DNA of 43,312 bases from Alphaproteobacteria bacterium (lineage in GTDB: Bacteria; Pseudomonadota; Alphaproteobacteria; Rickettsiales; UBA3002): the NCBI GenBank assembly GCA_030427685.1, contig JAUIBB010000003.1, forward strand, positions 1-43,312, given 5' to 3'. Every line of letters begins with the position of its first letter. Within the stretch, counting starts at the first letter, position 1. The translations under genes and the position numbers were made by a program. This document shows positions 19,111-31,946 of this stretch, one piece after another. The notes below the pieces were generated by a model. It had not been told where the DNA came from. It worked only from the letters and a program-made list of their open reading frames with translations, and did not search any database.

Positions 19111-19497
19111 TTATTGTGCTGTCGCCAGCGGATCTGCCCCGAAGCGATTGTCACCTTCGGTTCCCTTGGTGCAATGCCAGATAATTAACACAATCGCGCC
19201 AATGACAGGAATCGTGGCAATCAGCAACCACCAGCCACTACGGTTAATATCATGCAGCCGCCGAACGCTGAGCGCAATCGTGGGTAAGAAAACAAGCAGC
19301 AAGAAGCTAAGTTCGACTGGCCCGGACTGGTGATCGGGCGTCATCGTTCCACCCGCAAGGAAATTATCAATATTGACGCAAACCAGATTGAGAAGAATAT
19401 AGAATAATATCCAGTACCAGTAGGCTGACCGCGGTGCGCGCCCCTTGATGGTAACATATTGCCTAAAGCCAGATACAATTGCCGGAAAAAATTGCAT
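19111..19497 (-). CDS. DUF805 family inner-membrane protein (YhaH-like)
   Basis: GRAPRSAYWYW, VRRLHDINRSGWW, GTEGDNRFGADP; start set at ATG 19497 after GAGGGA. Confidence 0.9.
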   Translation of the reverse strand: MQFFPAIVSGFRQYVTIKGRAPRSAYWYWILFYILLNLVCVNIDNFLAGGTMTPDHQSGPVELSFLLLVFLPTIALSVRRLHDINRSGWWLLIATIPVIGAIVLIIWHCTKGTEGDNRFGADPLATAQ

Positions 19498-19579
19498 GGA
19501 TCCCTCGTGAACCAATGAAGCTGCCTCATTAGGCAGGAAAGACCCAGCCTTCGTCAACGCCTAAGCATCGCGCGCTGGC

Positions 19580-22083
<2,504 letters not shown>

Positions 22084-22197
22084 CTACCGTACCCCTTTAA
22101 TGACTCTGTTATTCTCTTAACTTCCCGAACAGGTTCGGGTTTTTATTCACGAATGCCTTGCCGAATCAAACCGGCGGCACCTTCCCACTGATACCGC

Positions 22198-22629
22198 TTA
22201 CTTCTTATGCGCTGCTTTGTTGCTGCCAGAAGTACCGGAATGCGTGCTGGATGACTTAGCAGGCGCAGCATCTGCATTTGGCACCGCGGGTGCTGCTGGC
22301 GTTTCTGCTGCGTCTTCTGTTTTCCCGATGGCTGGTACCACAGCTTCAGACCCAGCGTCCTGCGATTCAGCCTGTGCCAATGTATCCACAAGCGAATCAT
22401 GGCCATGCCGTGAAGCCAGAATCGAAAGCACCAGCGAGTTAATAATAAACAGCGCCGCCAGAATTGCCGTGGTGCGGGTCAACAGGTTAGCGGTCGAACG
22501 CCCGGACAGCAGATTGGATCCGCCACCGCCGCCAAGACCGAAGCCATCCGTTTCCGATCGCTGCAATAATACCATCCCAATCAGGGCTGCAGCGATGATG
22601 ACGTGTACTACCAATAAAACCTGTTCCAT
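22198..22629 (-). CDS. secG: Preprotein translocase subunit SecG
   Basis: VLLQRSETDGFGLGGG, ANLLTRTTAILA; tpiA-secG-pyrG synteny; long polar tail. Confidence 0.93.
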   Translation of the reverse strand: MEQVLLVVHVIIAAALIGMVLLQRSETDGFGLGGGGGSNLLSGRSTANLLTRTTAILAALFIINSLVLSILASRHGHDSLVDTLAQAESQDAGSEAVVPAIGKTEDAAETPAAPAVPNADAAPAKSSSTHSGTSGSNKAAHKK

Positions 22630-22641
22630 TGTCTTCCTTTA

Positions 22642-23376
22642 CTAAGCGCCCAGAGCAGCGCGGATAATGCTGTGCATGCTTGCCACCTCAAGGCTGGCAC
22701 CGCCAATCAATGCGCCGGAGACCTCTGGTAAGCCCAGTATTTCCTTAGCGTTTTTAGCGTTCACCGAGCCTCCATACAGCACCGAAGTTTCACTGCCAAG
22801 CACTGATTTAATATGCTGGTGAACCGCTCCTATTTCTTCCAGCGTAGGCGTCAGGCCACTACCAATTGCCCAGATCGGCTCGTAGGCAATCAAGGCGCCC
22901 GCTGCCACGAAGGGGGCCAACAGGGTCAGTTGCTGGTCCAGTGTCGCCAGCGTTGTTTTTTGTTGGTAGCTGGCAAGGCTTTCTCCCACGCACAGCACCG
23001 GCACCATCTTCGTCGCAAGCGCTGCAGCCGCCTTCGCTGCAACGGCATCATCACTTTCGCCCATCGCACGCCGCTCGGAATGCCCAAGGATTACATAACG
23101 CGCGCCGCTGTCGGCCAGCATGGGAGCACTGATTTCGCCGGTAAAAGCACCGGCTGGCTCGGCATGACAGGTTTGTCCACCCAATTGCAGCCGTGTATTC
23201 TGTGGAAGCATATGTGACGCGACCGCCAAATACGGCGCTGGAGGGCAATAGACGACATTAAGCGAAAGTGGTGCCTGCCCCGCAAGCGCTGCAAGCGCAT
23301 AGGTGTAATCGCGCACCGATTGTGCATTTCCATTCATTTTCCAATTGGCAATCAGCCATGTTCTACCTGTTTTCAT
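22642..23376 (-). CDS. tpiA: Triosephosphate isomerase
   Basis: ANWKMN, GAFTGEIS, GHSERR, AYEPIWAIG, YGGSV, LIGGASL. Confidence 0.97.
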   Translation of the reverse strand: MKTGRTWLIANWKMNGNAQSVRDYTYALAALAGQAPLSLNVVYCPPAPYLAVASHMLPQNTRLQLGGQTCHAEPAGAFTGEISAPMLADSGARYVILGHSERRAMGESDDAVAAKAAAALATKMVPVLCVGESLASYQQKTTLATLDQQLTLLAPFVAAGALIAYEPIWAIGSGLTPTLEEIGAVHQHIKSVLGSETSVLYGGSVNAKNAKEILGLPEVSGALIGGASLEVASMHSIIRAALGA

Positions 23377-23486
23377 GGGCAAAGCATTATCGTGCCCAGG
23401 CCACCCTCGTCAACCCTTTGACAAAAGGGGAAGCGTTCCGTACACCTTTGCCCATTCCACCTCTTCATACTCGCACGAGCCCCATT

Positions 23487-25106
23487 ATGATGAATTCCAT
23501 GCGCAACTTCTCCTCCGGCATCATCTCTAAAATACTGATGTTACTTCTAGTTGTTAGCTTTGCCATGTGGGGGGTCGGCGATATGATTCGCGGTGGCGGC
23601 GTCAATTATGCCGCCAAAGTCGGTGCTGAGCGTATCAGCATCGCAACTTTTCAGCGACAGCGCGCACAAGTGGCGCGCCAAATTCAGGCCCTGGGAATGG
23701 GCGATGTGGATGCATCTGCGCTGGATGCCAGCATCTTGCGTCAACTGGTACAGCAGGAACTGATTGTACTCGCCTTGCATGACCTGCATTTTTACGTGAA
23801 CGATGTGCTGCTTGGACAGGTACTGAAGCAAGAACCTGCCTTCCTGAATCCAGATGGAAGCTTTAGCGCGCAGCGTTTTCGCAGCATCCTGCAATCACAG
23901 CAACTCAGCGAGGCCGAAGCGTTGGAGCAACTAAAGGCAGAGCGTGCATCACGCTTCTTGGTTGCCAGCATGGATATGCGCGATGTCGTGCCACCACTGG
24001 CAGTGCGTAATCTGGCTGCTACCACTGCTCAGGAAATGCGGGATGCATGGGTTGTGACGATTGCTCCGGTTGCCGCGCCCCATACAATTGACTCCAACGC
24101 CTTACAGGCATTCTATGAGAGCAATAAGGCGATCCTTTATATGGCTCCTGAGACGCGTGTGCTGGATTATGTCACGGTAAAGCCAAAACAGATTGAAGCG
24201 CTGATCGACCAGAACATCACCGATGAAATGCTTGAAGCAGCTGCCGTTCAACAGCCTAAAGCCAGCAAAGCCGAGCTACGGACTCGCCTGCGCGGCGAAC
24301 AGCGCGAACGCACCCTGCATGACCTACAGGGTGTAATTGATGATGCCCTTGCTGCCGGCATGAAACTGGAAGAAGCGTTGAAGAAAGCAGGCATTTCTGC
24401 CCCGATGCACACTCTGAAGGCAACGGAAGCACTTGCTAAAACCAGCACGGATGATGTCATCCAAACCGTCGCAGAACAGGGGTTCATGCTGACAGAAGGG
24501 GAAACCTCTGGCCTGATGATTACCCCGAAAGGCGCCCCGGTTATCCTTTATGTTTCTGCGGTGCAGCCTGCGGCGGCACAGCCTTATGAAACAGTTAAAA
24601 ACGATGTCACTACCCGTGTCCGCGAACAACAGCGCCGTGAAGCTACCCGTGCACGCATGCAGGAGGTGCGCGAAGCTCTCGGCAAACTGGTCGCCGAGAA
24701 TAAGCAGGACCTGCGTGGCACCCAATGGCAGTCGGTGCTTAAACGCTTCCACCTGACTGCTAAACGGGTCAACCACCTCTCCCGCCCATCGGATGAAGCA
24801 AAGCCAACAGGCAAAGAGGTGATTCCGACTTCCTTGCGTCAGGCAATTTTTGAGCATGAGCCGGGCAACATCGCAGGCCCATTGACGCTCGAAAATGGCG
24901 GCCAGATGATTGCTATCGTCACCGAGATTCATCGCCCTTCAGCGGCACAACTGACACTAGATCAAAAACTCACTGACACACTTTCGGAGCAACTAAACCA
25001 AACGGTGCAAATGCGTGCCTTTGCGCGATTTGCACGACAGCATCCGGTCGTTATCAATCCGCAACTGCTCTCAGCAGATGGCGCACCTACTGAAGCAACT
25101 CCGTGA
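23487..25106 (+). CDS. ppiD: SurA N-terminal domain / PpiD-like periplasmic folding chaperone
   Basis: MMNSMR...LLVVSFAMWGVGD anchor, F..PDGSFS, YESNK..YMAPETR; divergent from tpiA and upstream of trpE as usual in alphaproteobacteria. Start moved to ATG 23487. Confidence 0.85.
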   Translation: MMNSMRNFSSGIISKILMLLLVVSFAMWGVGDMIRGGGVNYAAKVGAERISIATFQRQRAQVARQIQALGMGDVDASALDASILRQLVQQELIVLALHDLHFYVNDVLLGQVLKQEPAFLNPDGSFSAQRFRSILQSQQLSEAEALEQLKAERASRFLVASMDMRDVVPPLAVRNLAATTAQEMRDAWVVTIAPVAAPHTIDSNALQAFYESNKAILYMAPETRVLDYVTVKPKQIEALIDQNITDEMLEAAAVQQPKASKAELRTRLRGEQRERTLHDLQGVIDDALAAGMKLEEALKKAGISAPMHTLKATEALAKTSTDDVIQTVAEQGFMLTEGETSGLMITPKGAPVILYVSAVQPAAAQPYETVKNDVTTRVREQQRREATRARMQEVREALGKLVAENKQDLRGTQWQSVLKRFHLTAKRVNHLSRPSDEAKPTGKEVIPTSLRQAIFEHEPGNIAGPLTLENGGQMIAIVTEIHRPSAAQLTLDQKLTDTLSEQLNQTVQMRAFARFARQHPVVINPQLLSADGAPTEATP

Positions 25107-26608
25107 CCGCCCTGCGCTTTAGTCCCTCCCGCGAGGAATTCTGCCGCACTCATGCCACAGGCAAGCCGCAGGTTGTGTTCGCCCGGAGAGTCTCGGATCT
25201 GGAAACACCTGTCTCTGCCATGCTTAAACTTCGGCAGCAGTTTCCCGCCCCCTCCTTTCTGCTGGAGTCTGTAGAGGGCGGCGAAACACGTGGCCGCTAT
25301 TCAATTATTGGCCTGATGCCAGACATGATGTGGCGCTGCTTTGGTAACCGCTCGGAAATTTCGACCAGCCCCCCCTTTACGCATGAGAGCTTTAGCCCAA
25401 GCTGGGACGATAGTATGAGCACCTTGCGCAGGCTGGTAGCCGAACACCGCATGGAGCTACCGGCTGATGTCCCTCCCATGGCCGCCGGACTGATCGGCTA
25501 TATGGGCTATGATATGGTGCGGCTGATGGAGCGCCTTCCCAGCAACAAACCAGATCCTATTGGCATCCCCGATGCCTGCTTTATCCGTCCACAATTGCAG
25601 CTGATTTTTGATGGTGTCGATGGCGTCGTCTACCTCGTCGCCGCGATCTGGGAAACGGCGGGTGATGCAAATGCCCTCTATGATGCAGCGGTCGCACGGA
25701 TTGAAACCATTGCTAATTGCCTGCAAGGCCCACTTGACCAACGCAATTACTACAAAGATATCCCAACTGAGGAGCGTGTCTTTACGCCGAACATGAGCGA
25801 AGAAGCGCATGCAGGCATGGTTGCGCGCGCTAAAGAATATATCGCCGCTGGCGATGTTTTCCAGGTTGTATTGGGACAGCGGTTTGAAAGCCCGTTTGCA
25901 CTTCCACCTTTTGCACTCTACCGGGCGCTGCGCCACCTTAACCCTTCGCCATTCCTGTTTCATCTCGACTTTGGCGGGTATGCGCTGGTGGGTTCCTCTC
26001 CGGAAATCCTTGTGCGACTGCGCGACAATACGGTTACTATCCGCCCCATCGCCGGGACCCGCCCTCGCGGAAAGAACGCAGCGGAAGACAAAGCGCTCGC
26101 CGCAGAGCTGCTGGCTGACCCTAAAGAATGCGCCGAGCATTTGATGCTGCTTGACCTTGGCCGCAACGATGTTGGCCGCGTTGCTGCCGCTGCACAGGTA
26201 CGCGTAACAGAGCATATGAAAATCGAGCATTACTCGCATGTCATGCATATCGTCAGCAATGTTGAGGGAACCCTCGCCCCGGAGCATGATGCGGTGGATG
26301 CCCTGATCGCAGGCTTTCCGGCTGGCACGGTTTCTGGCGCCCCCAAGATCCGCGCACTTGAAATTATTGACGCGCTGGAGCCAGTAAAGCGTAGCTATTA
26401 TGGAGGCTGCGTTGGCTATTTTGCAGCTGATGGCACCATGGATAGCTGCATCACCCTGCGCACAGCATTGGTGAAAGATGGCAAGGTCATCGTACAAGCC
26501 GGCGGTGGCATTGTCGCGGATTCAGACCCAAAAGCCGAATATCGGGAGTCCCTCAACAAAGCGAAAGCTGTGATGCGAGCTGCTGAAGAAGCAGGAAAAT
26601 TTGCCTAA
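25103..26608 (+). CDS. trpE: Anthranilate synthase component I
   Basis: DLETPVSA, FLLESVEGG, NPSPF, GSSPEILV, AEHLMLLDLGRND, FPAGTVSGAPK. Confidence 0.97.
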   Translation: MTALRFSPSREEFCRTHATGKPQVVFARRVSDLETPVSAMLKLRQQFPAPSFLLESVEGGETRGRYSIIGLMPDMMWRCFGNRSEISTSPPFTHESFSPSWDDSMSTLRRLVAEHRMELPADVPPMAAGLIGYMGYDMVRLMERLPSNKPDPIGIPDACFIRPQLQLIFDGVDGVVYLVAAIWETAGDANALYDAAVARIETIANCLQGPLDQRNYYKDIPTEERVFTPNMSEEAHAGMVARAKEYIAAGDVFQVVLGQRFESPFALPPFALYRALRHLNPSPFLFHLDFGGYALVGSSPEILVRLRDNTVTIRPIAGTRPRGKNAAEDKALAAELLADPKECAEHLMLLDLGRNDVGRVAAAAQVRVTEHMKIEHYSHVMHIVSNVEGTLAPEHDAVDALIAGFPAGTVSGAPKIRALEIIDALEPVKRSYYGGCVGYFAADGTMDSCITLRTALVKDGKVIVQAGGGIVADSDPKAEYRESLNKAKAVMRAAEEAGKFA

Positions 26609-26699
26609 CCTGCTTTTTTTGCCGCAATGCATGCACGAATTGCTGCGTCGCAACGCCGAATAGCTTAGAGTTCTCGCTGCTTTTTTGGTATAATTATCC

Positions 26700-27365
26700 A
26701 TGAAAGCCATGGCGCAACATTCGCAGTTTACACGTCCCATCTGTCACGTTGTTTTTCTCTGCATGACAACGATGCTGCTCAGCGCCTGCGGTAGCAGCTC
26801 CGATAAAATCACCTTCAGCTCTGAAAAAAGCGTGCACGATGCTGTCGATGCCGCCACCGGGCCACTGGATGACCTTAACGTCAAACAGATTGAAATTCCT
26901 CCGCTGCTTCAAAAGGTCGCGGAAGATCCTTATCGCTCCAAAAAACCAATCAAGTGCGAAGAGATTCGTAAAGAGCTGGCCGAACTTGAAGTGCTGCTTG
27001 GCCCCGACATTAAAGCCAAGGGCGTGAAGTATGCCTCGAATGAAAGCATTCTCTCAGATGTCCAGAATGTTGAAATACCCGACACCACCTCGATTGCCAA
27101 TAGCGGCATCGACCTTGCCCGTGGGCTGGTGATGGGTGCCATCCGCAGCCAGACCAACATCCTTCCTTTCCGCAGCATCATTCGCCGTATTACCGGCGCG
27201 AACCGGCACCAGCGCGAAGTAGAGGAAGCCTATTTCGCCGGCAAGCTCCGCCGCGCTTACCTCAAAGGCCTTGCCGAAAGCAGCTTTGGCAAGAAATGCC
27301 TCAGTAAACCGCTGGAGCTTCCCAAAAACGAAGAAGACTCCTCCTGGTTTGATTCCATCTTCTAA
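26700..27365 (+). CDS. Putative lipoprotein, function unknown
   Basis: Lipobox LLSAC; own TGGTATAAT (TATAAT 26689-26694) just upstream; exact start uncertain. Confidence 0.75.
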   Translation: MKAMAQHSQFTRPICHVVFLCMTTMLLSACGSSSDKITFSSEKSVHDAVDAATGPLDDLNVKQIEIPPLLQKVAEDPYRSKKPIKCEEIRKELAELEVLLGPDIKAKGVKYASNESILSDVQNVEIPDTTSIANSGIDLARGLVMGAIRSQTNILPFRSIIRRITGANRHQREVEEAYFAGKLRRAYLKGLAESSFGKKCLSKPLELPKNEEDSSWFDSIF

Positions 27366-27417
27366 AAAAAGTGGATTGCAGCTTCCGCTGCCAGCGTGAT
27401 GCTGATAAAGCATCCGC

Positions 27418-27990
27418 ATGAAATCCATCCTACTCATCGATAACTACGATAGCTTCACCTATAATCTGGTGCATTACCTTCAGGCACTTGGAGCCGAGGT
27501 TGAAGTGGTTCGTAACAATGCGCTGGATGTGCAGGCCGCCTTTGACCGAAAACCAAACGGCATCGTAATTTCCCCCGGCCCTGCTACACCAGATACCGCC
27601 GGCATCTGCCTTGAGCTGATTGCCCGAAATCAGGGAAAAATTCCGTTGCTTGGTGTATGCCTTGGCCATCAGTCGATTGGCCAGAGCTATGGCGGCAATG
27701 TGATTCGTGCGCCGCAAGTGATGCACGGAAAAACCAGCCAGATCCAACATACCGGAGAAGGAATTTTTGCTAACCTGCCATCACCTTTTACCGCCACACG
27801 TTACCACTCCCTGATTGTTGATCGCGCGACACTGCCGGACTGTCTTGACATCACAGCCGAAACGGAGGATGGCACTATCATGGGACTTGCCCACAAGACC
27901 CAGCCAGTATTCGGCGTACAGTTTCATCCGGAGAGCATTGCCTCCGAGCACGGGCATGACCTGCTGCGTAATTTTTTGATGGTTTTATGA
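27418..27990 (+). CDS. trpG: Anthranilate synthase component II (glutamine amidotransferase)
   Basis: [34 protein letters not shown]. Confidence 0.96.
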   Translation: MKSILLIDNYDSFTYNLVHYLQALGAEVEVVRNNALDVQAAFDRKPNGIVISPGPATPDTAGICLELIARNQGKIPLLGVCLGHQSIGQSYGGNVIRAPQVMHGKTSQIQHTGEGIFANLPSPFTATRYHSLIVDRATLPDCLDITAETEDGTIMGLAHKTQPVFGVQFHPESIASEHGHDLLRNFLMVL

Positions 27991-28961
27991 GCGCACGTTC
28001 GGACATGGAGCACTTTATCGGCCGCCTGCTGGATGGCGGCATCAGCGATGCCGATGCCGTTAGCTACCTGAGCGAGCAGGATATGGGGTTACTAACCCCC
28101 CATGTGCTGGCAGGTGCCGTCGATGCCGTAATGGCGCGGGTGATGCCTTTCCCAGAATTTCCCGAAGCCATTGATTGCTGCGGCACCGGTGGCGATGGGC
28201 GCATGACCTATAACATCTCTACCGCCGCGGCGATTGTGGTGGCGGCGCGAGGCGTGCAGGTTGCCAAACATGGCAACCGCGCGGTGAGCTCCCCCTCTGG
28301 TTCCGCCGATGTGTTGGAAGCGTTAGGTGTCAACACCAAGGTCAGCCGCGAGCATGCCGCCCATATGCTTGAAAAAATCGGCCTTAGCTTTCTGTATGCG
28401 CCTAATTTTCACCTTGGCTTTGCTCGGCTGGCACCTATTCGCAAGGCCATCGGCAAACGCACCATCTTAAACCTGATTGGCCCACTCTGTAACCCTGCAC
28501 GCGTCAAACGGCAATTGATTGGCGTTTTCGCACCGGAGTATTGCGCCTTGGTGGCGGAGACCATGCAAATGCTTGGCCATAAAAATGTGATGGTCGTACA
28601 TGGCGACGATGGCACGGATGAGCTTTCGATTACTGGCAACAGCCACGTGGCACAGCTGGCTGATGGAGCCATCAGCTATGCGTCTATCCGCCCACAGGAC
28701 GCGGGGCTGACACTCCATGAAGGCCGTACCCTTATCGGTGGAAATGCCATGCAAAATGCGCAGGCCATGCGCGATGTGTTGAGCGGCATGGATAGCCCCT
28801 ATCTGGATGCGGTGTTGCTAAATGCATCTGCGGCGCTGATGGTGGCAGAACGCGCGCCCACCCTTTATGAAGGTGTCACACTGGCGCGTAGCTGCATTGC
28901 GCGCGGCGATGCCCGGCGCAAACTGGATGAGCTGGTACGAATGAGCCACGAAGATGAGTGA
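27987..28961 (+). CDS. trpD: Anthranilate phosphoribosyltransferase
   Basis: [42 protein letters not shown]. Confidence 0.96.
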   Translation: MSARSDMEHFIGRLLDGGISDADAVSYLSEQDMGLLTPHVLAGAVDAVMARVMPFPEFPEAIDCCGTGGDGRMTYNISTAAAIVVAARGVQVAKHGNRAVSSPSGSADVLEALGVNTKVSREHAAHMLEKIGLSFLYAPNFHLGFARLAPIRKAIGKRTILNLIGPLCNPARVKRQLIGVFAPEYCALVAETMQMLGHKNVMVVHGDDGTDELSITGNSHVAQLADGAISYASIRPQDAGLTLHEGRTLIGGNAMQNAQAMRDVLSGMDSPYLDAVLLNASAALMVAERAPTLYEGVTLARSCIARGDARRKLDELVRMSHEDE

Positions 28962-29748
28962 TCGGCTCACAGAAATCTGCGCAGCGAAGCTGTCGCATAT
29001 CACATCGCAAAAAAACCTGGTTTCCGAAGCAGCCCTGTATGAACAGGCATTGCAAGCCACCCCACCGCGTGGCTTTCACAGCGCCCTGAAAAAGCGCATT
29101 GCCACTGGCGATGTTGGCTTAATTGCCGAAATCAAAAAAGCCTCCCCCAGCCGTGGGCTGATTCGCGAGGAATTTTCTCCTAAGGCCATTGCAGGCAGCT
29201 ATGCAAATGCAGGCGCGACCTGCCTTTCAGTGCTAACCGATGCCCCTTATTTTCAAGGCAGCTGTGACGACCTGATCGCTGCACGGGCTGCCGTTTCCCT
29301 CCCTGTATTGCGTAAAGACTTCATGCTCGATCCTTACCAGATCCTTGAATCCCGGAGCATCGGAGCGGATGCTGTGCTGCTGATTATGGCCGCACTCTCG
29401 GATGCACAAGCCAAAGAGCTGGACGCACTTGCCCATGCGCTGGGCATGGATGTGCTGGTTGAAGTGCATGACGCCGCCGAACTGGAGCGCGCACTTACGC
29501 AGCTGACATCGCGGCTTATTGGCGTTAACAACCGTAACCTCAAAACGCTGGCAATTGACCTTGCTACCAGCGAGACACTGGCAACGCAGATTCCCGAAGG
29601 CTACACGGCTGTCTGCGAAAGCGGCATCAGCACCCCCGAAGATATTGCACGGATGCGCCAGGCGAATATGCACTGTTTCCTGGTAGGCGAAGCGCTCATG
29701 CGTGAAGAGGATATACAAGCCGCCACCGAGCGCCTTCTGGCGCATTAG
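28954..29748 (+). CDS. trpC: Indole-3-glycerol phosphate synthase
   Basis: IAEIKKASPSRG, LSVLTD, LRKDF, GVNNRNL, ESGI, LVGEALM. Confidence 0.97.
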   Translation: MSDRLTEICAAKLSHITSQKNLVSEAALYEQALQATPPRGFHSALKKRIATGDVGLIAEIKKASPSRGLIREEFSPKAIAGSYANAGATCLSVLTDAPYFQGSCDDLIAARAAVSLPVLRKDFMLDPYQILESRSIGADAVLLIMAALSDAQAKELDALAHALGMDVLVEVHDAAELERALTQLTSRLIGVNNRNLKTLAIDLATSETLATQIPEGYTAVCESGISTPEDIARMRQANMHCFLVGEALMREEDIQAATERLLAH

Positions 29749-29751
29749 CGC

Positions 29752-31821
29752 TTACTCTATCTCAACCCCATGCATCACCGAAGCACGCCATGGTCGCTTG
29801 CCCTGCCAATCGCTGCTGGCCTCATAGCGCATCGTGTCTTTATCAAACCAGAACGCAACGACATTGCTTCCTCTTAATGCCCGCGCATCCATGACCGCTG
29901 CCTGCGACTCCGGGCAGCGCATACGCCAATAGCTGGTTAAAATCAAACTGGCATGCGTGCAGTCTTCGGCCAATGCAGAAGGATCGATTGGAAATGCGAT
30001 AACCTTACCATTGATCTGCGCTACGCAGCCCTGACGGTCACAGCGCCATGCCGGCTTATCGGCCTCGGGCAACATATCGTAGCCCAGCCCGTTTGCCCAT
30101 AATTCTGGAATCATGGAGCTGGCGCGCCCTCGGGCCAGAGCATACCCCTCGCTTGTGCGGATAACGATTTGCTTGAGCTGCTCGCCCACCAGCATATCCG
30201 GCAATTGATTGCTGCCAATGGTCGCGACACTTAAAACAATCGCTACCAGCCCCGCTAAACGCACACGTGTTTGCCATAGACAAAGCCAGGCCAAACCAAG
30301 TGCAAATAGCGCAATTCCATAGGAAGGGAGCGATGGAACAAACATTTGCGCATGCGGCAATCCCGCCACCCAATGGCTAATAGCAAGCAAGACCTGAATA
30401 CCCCAGTCCATGCATGCCAAAGCAAGATGCTCCAACCCAAAGGGAAGCAAAATAAAATAGAGGGCAACCGTCGGCATCAAAAACAAGCTCACCACCGGCG
30501 TTGCCAGCATGTTGGCCAAAACACCGTACAGTGAAAAATTGTTAAACTGCGCAATCACTAACGGAGCAGTGGCGGCCTCTGCTACCACACTGATGCAAAG
30601 CATCGTCGTTAGCAGCCGCATTGCCTTACGAATACGCCCCGGCTCGGGCGAAGCACGCGGCCTTAGCAAGGTCGTCTCGATCAGCGTAATAATGGCCAGC
30701 GTTGCGGCGAAAGAAAGCTGGAAGCCCGGCTCAATTAGCACGGATGGGTCGTAGGCAAGCATCAGCAATGCCGTGATGGCCAGTGAGCGCATAGAATTCA
30801 CCCGCCGCTGCAAAATGACCGCCAGCAATACCAGAAAAATCATGACATAGGCGCGCACCGCAGAAATCGGCAGGCCAGTGACGAATAAATACCCTGTCAC
30901 CAACAGCAAGGTCAGTGCCGCTGCGATACTTTTTACCTCTGGCCGCTGCGAAAAACGCCGCGGCAGTGCCAGCACCAACAGGCGAAGCGCGATAAAAATC
31001 ACCCCGGCAATCACCACCATGTGCTCACCCGAAATGGCAATGATGTGATACAGATTGCTGGCGCGCAGTGCTTTAAAGTCTTCTTCGCTGATGGCGCGCG
31101 CATCGCCGGTAATCAGCCCGGCAGCAATCCCTCCACTGCCCTTTCCGGCGCCAAGGGTGGTAATGATATCCTCGGTAATGCGCACCCGCCAATCGCTGAA
31201 GTCACTAACCAGCCCCGGTTTAGCCCCCTGTGCAATTACTTCCCACGGGGGCAGCCCATAGCCAATCGCCCCAATATCGCGAAAGTAGAAATAGCGTGCA
31301 AAATCAAATCCGTGCGGCAATGCTGGCCCCATCGGCGGACGCAGCCCGGCACGTATGCGAATGCCATCGCCAATATGTGGTAGCGCTGGGCTTGTGCCTT
31401 TTTTTAACCGAATGCTGAGGCGTATCTGGTTGGGCGTACGCTCGGGCTGCAAGTCTTCGATCGTCAGGTGGTCGAGGGTAAAGCGATAGCCGTGTTCGGT
31501 ACGCACGATATCCTTCACAATACCAATCACAGAACGCACGCTGAGCGGCTCATGCAGGATACGCTGCGGCGTCATATGAGTAAAAACACCCGCCCAAAGC
31601 AAGCCGCTCAGCGCCACCATCAGGCCAATACAAACAGGCCGTGCTTTTTGCCAAAGCAGGATTGTTGGTACCAACGCCGCCAGCCACAGCGTCGTCAGCA
31701 GGTAGACCGATGGCTCTGCAGATAGGCTGAGATAAAGACCAATCCCTGCTCCAAAGCAGATAGGAAGCCAAAGGAAATGACGCTCAGCCTCGGCACGCCA
31801 CCAGTTTTGCACTCGGTTCAT
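29752..31821 (-). CDS. comEC: ComEC/Rec2 DNA-uptake membrane protein
   Basis: FDFARY, GLITGD, HIIAISGEH, SAVRAYVM, PGFQLSFAAT; divergent from gltX. Confidence 0.92.
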   Translation of the reverse strand: MNRVQNWWRAEAERHFLWLPICFGAGIGLYLSLSAEPSVYLLTTLWLAALVPTILLWQKARPVCIGLMVALSGLLWAGVFTHMTPQRILHEPLSVRSVIGIVKDIVRTEHGYRFTLDHLTIEDLQPERTPNQIRLSIRLKKGTSPALPHIGDGIRIRAGLRPPMGPALPHGFDFARYFYFRDIGAIGYGLPPWEVIAQGAKPGLVSDFSDWRVRITEDIITTLGAGKGSGGIAAGLITGDARAISEEDFKALRASNLYHIIAISGEHMVVIAGVIFIALRLLVLALPRRFSQRPEVKSIAAALTLLLVTGYLFVTGLPISAVRAYVMIFLVLLAVILQRRVNSMRSLAITALLMLAYDPSVLIEPGFQLSFAATLAIITLIETTLLRPRASPEPGRIRKAMRLLTTMLCISVVAEAATAPLVIAQFNNFSLYGVLANMLATPVVSLFLMPTVALYFILLPFGLEHLALACMDWGIQVLLAISHWVAGLPHAQMFVPSLPSYGIALFALGLAWLCLWQTRVRLAGLVAIVLSVATIGSNQLPDMLVGEQLKQIVIRTSEGYALARGRASSMIPELWANGLGYDMLPEADKPAWRCDRQGCVAQINGKVIAFPIDPSALAEDCTHASLILTSYWRMRCPESQAAVMDARALRGSNVVAFWFDKDTMRYEASSDWQGKRPWRASVMHGVEIE

Positions 31822-31946
31822 CGGATTACTCCGTCATTGCTTCCCTTGCTATTGCCATGCTGTGCCATTCCTCGCAACGACGAAGCGCTGGATTACTGAA
31901 AACTGCCTGCTATAAAAGCGCCCAACGCAGTAAAGATAGGAACCGC

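Noticed and set aside
22124-22144. CCCGAAC-AG-GTTCGGG hairpin between secG and pyrG; possible LexA box or attenuator
   Set aside because: Alphaproteobacterial LexA boxes are GTTC-N7-GTTC direct repeats; the T tail is on the non-coding strand; no further support.
23268-23486. Long upstream extensions in the ORF track (ppiD; likewise gltX, gapR, purE, lptA, ctaA, oxidase-like gene)
   Set aside because: They overlap neighbouring genes or promoters and precede the family N-terminus; artefacts of the longest-ORF rule.
25457-26497. Long antisense or alternate-frame ORFs (346 aa opposite trpE; also 5052-5714, 20338-21075, 38370-38984)
   Set aside because: Shadow ORFs of well-supported genes; no motifs.
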